A DNA stretch of 61,109 nt from contig DATLLF010000178.1 in the NCBI GenBank assembly GCA_035537955.1, forward strand, positions 1 through 61,109, given 5' to 3'. Under the pieces are notes generated by a model, which was not told where the DNA came from, did no database searches, and was given only the letters and a program-made list of their open reading frames with translations. Shown piece by piece: positions 60,619 to 61,109 of this stretch; position 1 is the first letter of the stretch; every line of letters begins with the position of its first letter. A program made the translations under genes and the position numbers. Origin of the DNA: Vicinamibacterales bacterium. GTDB taxonomy: Bacteria; Acidobacteriota; Vicinamibacteria; Vicinamibacterales; 2-12-FULL-66-21.

Positions 60619-61109
60619 TCAACGCCCGTCCCGTCGAGATTTCGCCAGCAACGCGCTCGCGGCGTCCTCGTCGGCTTCCTCCACCGGCCCCTTCTTCCGC
60701 GCGTAGAGATACGCGATCGAAAAGATCGCGACGATCAGACCGAATGAGATCCATTTGTTGATGTGGAACTCGATGTACCCCTCGCTGTTCAGGAACTCGA
60801 CGAGCAGCTTGACGGCTACCCACGCGATGATGATGAAGGCGGCATCGACGAGCGACGGGTAACGACGCACGACGCGGAGCAGCTGCCCGATCACCATGCG
60901 CATCGTGACGATCCCGAGGATGCCGCCGCTGATCACGACCCACGTTTTCGGTGACATCGCGACGGCGACGAGGATCGAGTCGACCGCGAACACGATGTCG
61001 GTGAGCTCGACCTTCACGACCGTGGCCCAGAACGGCGACAGCCCGAGCCAGGCCGTCGCCGGTTTGATGACGCGACGATCCTCTCCCTCCGCTCTTCCGA
61101 AGAAGTGGC
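60619..61109 (-). CDS. TerC family integral membrane protein (5' end outside the window)
   Basis: ...FWATVVKVELTDIVFAVDSILVAVAMS...GGILGIVTMR. The frame stays open to the window edge, so the track start at 61017 is an internal GTG. Confidence 0.85.
   Translation of the reverse strand, partial: HFFGRAEGEDRRVIKPATAWLGLSPFWATVVKVELTDIVFAVDSILVAVAMSPKTWVVISGGILGIVTMRMVIGQLLRVVRRYPSLVDAAFIIIAWVAVKLLVEFLNSEGYIEFHINKWISFGLIVAIFSIAYLYARKKGPVEEADEDAASALLAKSRRDGR

Noticed and set aside
1-61109. CRISPR arrays, rRNA genes, IS elements/transposases, and restriction-modification or other known defence genes
   Set aside because: No repeat-spacer periodicity, rRNA-like conserved blocks, DDE/transposase motifs or inverted-repeat-bounded units were seen. 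The only tandem repeats are the short ones listed.

Overview
High-GC bacterial chromosome segment. It is most consistent with Acidobacteriota, an inference from three ADOP-type duplicated FtsX permeases paired with PadR regulators, a BlaR1-TonB fusion, and CarboxypepD_reg and BNR/sortilin-like giant proteins. The left ~34 kb is mostly housekeeping: dnaE, guaA, pssA-psd, rimI-tsaB, mutS, apt, acyP and tRNA-Arg. Interspersed there are large sensory proteins (a 1304-aa NtrY-like kinase; a TPR-sigma54 activator followed by PilZ and cupin genes), an outer-membrane protease/propeller gene coupled to mutS, and an overlapping DHS-like/agmatinase pair. From ~34 to 53 kb lies a regulator-dense accessory stretch that ends at tRNA-Pro. 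It holds three PadR-ADOP modules, each with its own palindromic operator candidate, a BlaI/BlaR1-TonB pair, a hybrid histidine kinase and a DUF2092 gene. The most unusual locus is a two-gene islet with atypical codon usage at 47.8-49.5 kb. It encodes a 188-aa protein built from a polyanionic N-terminal block fused to six tandem 14-aa Arg-rich repeats. A hairpin-rich 525-bp non-coding gap (34.2-34.8 kb) contains a 107-nt three-way-junction fold and minus-strand terminators, so it is a candidate sRNA. The right end returns to housekeeping genes: a frameshifted hydrolase, surE, an MFS transporter with a 21-bp VNTR, hemH and a partial terC. I found no rRNA, CRISPR array, intact transposase or recognisable defence system. 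Many long antisense or alternate-frame ORFs in the track are high-GC artefacts.
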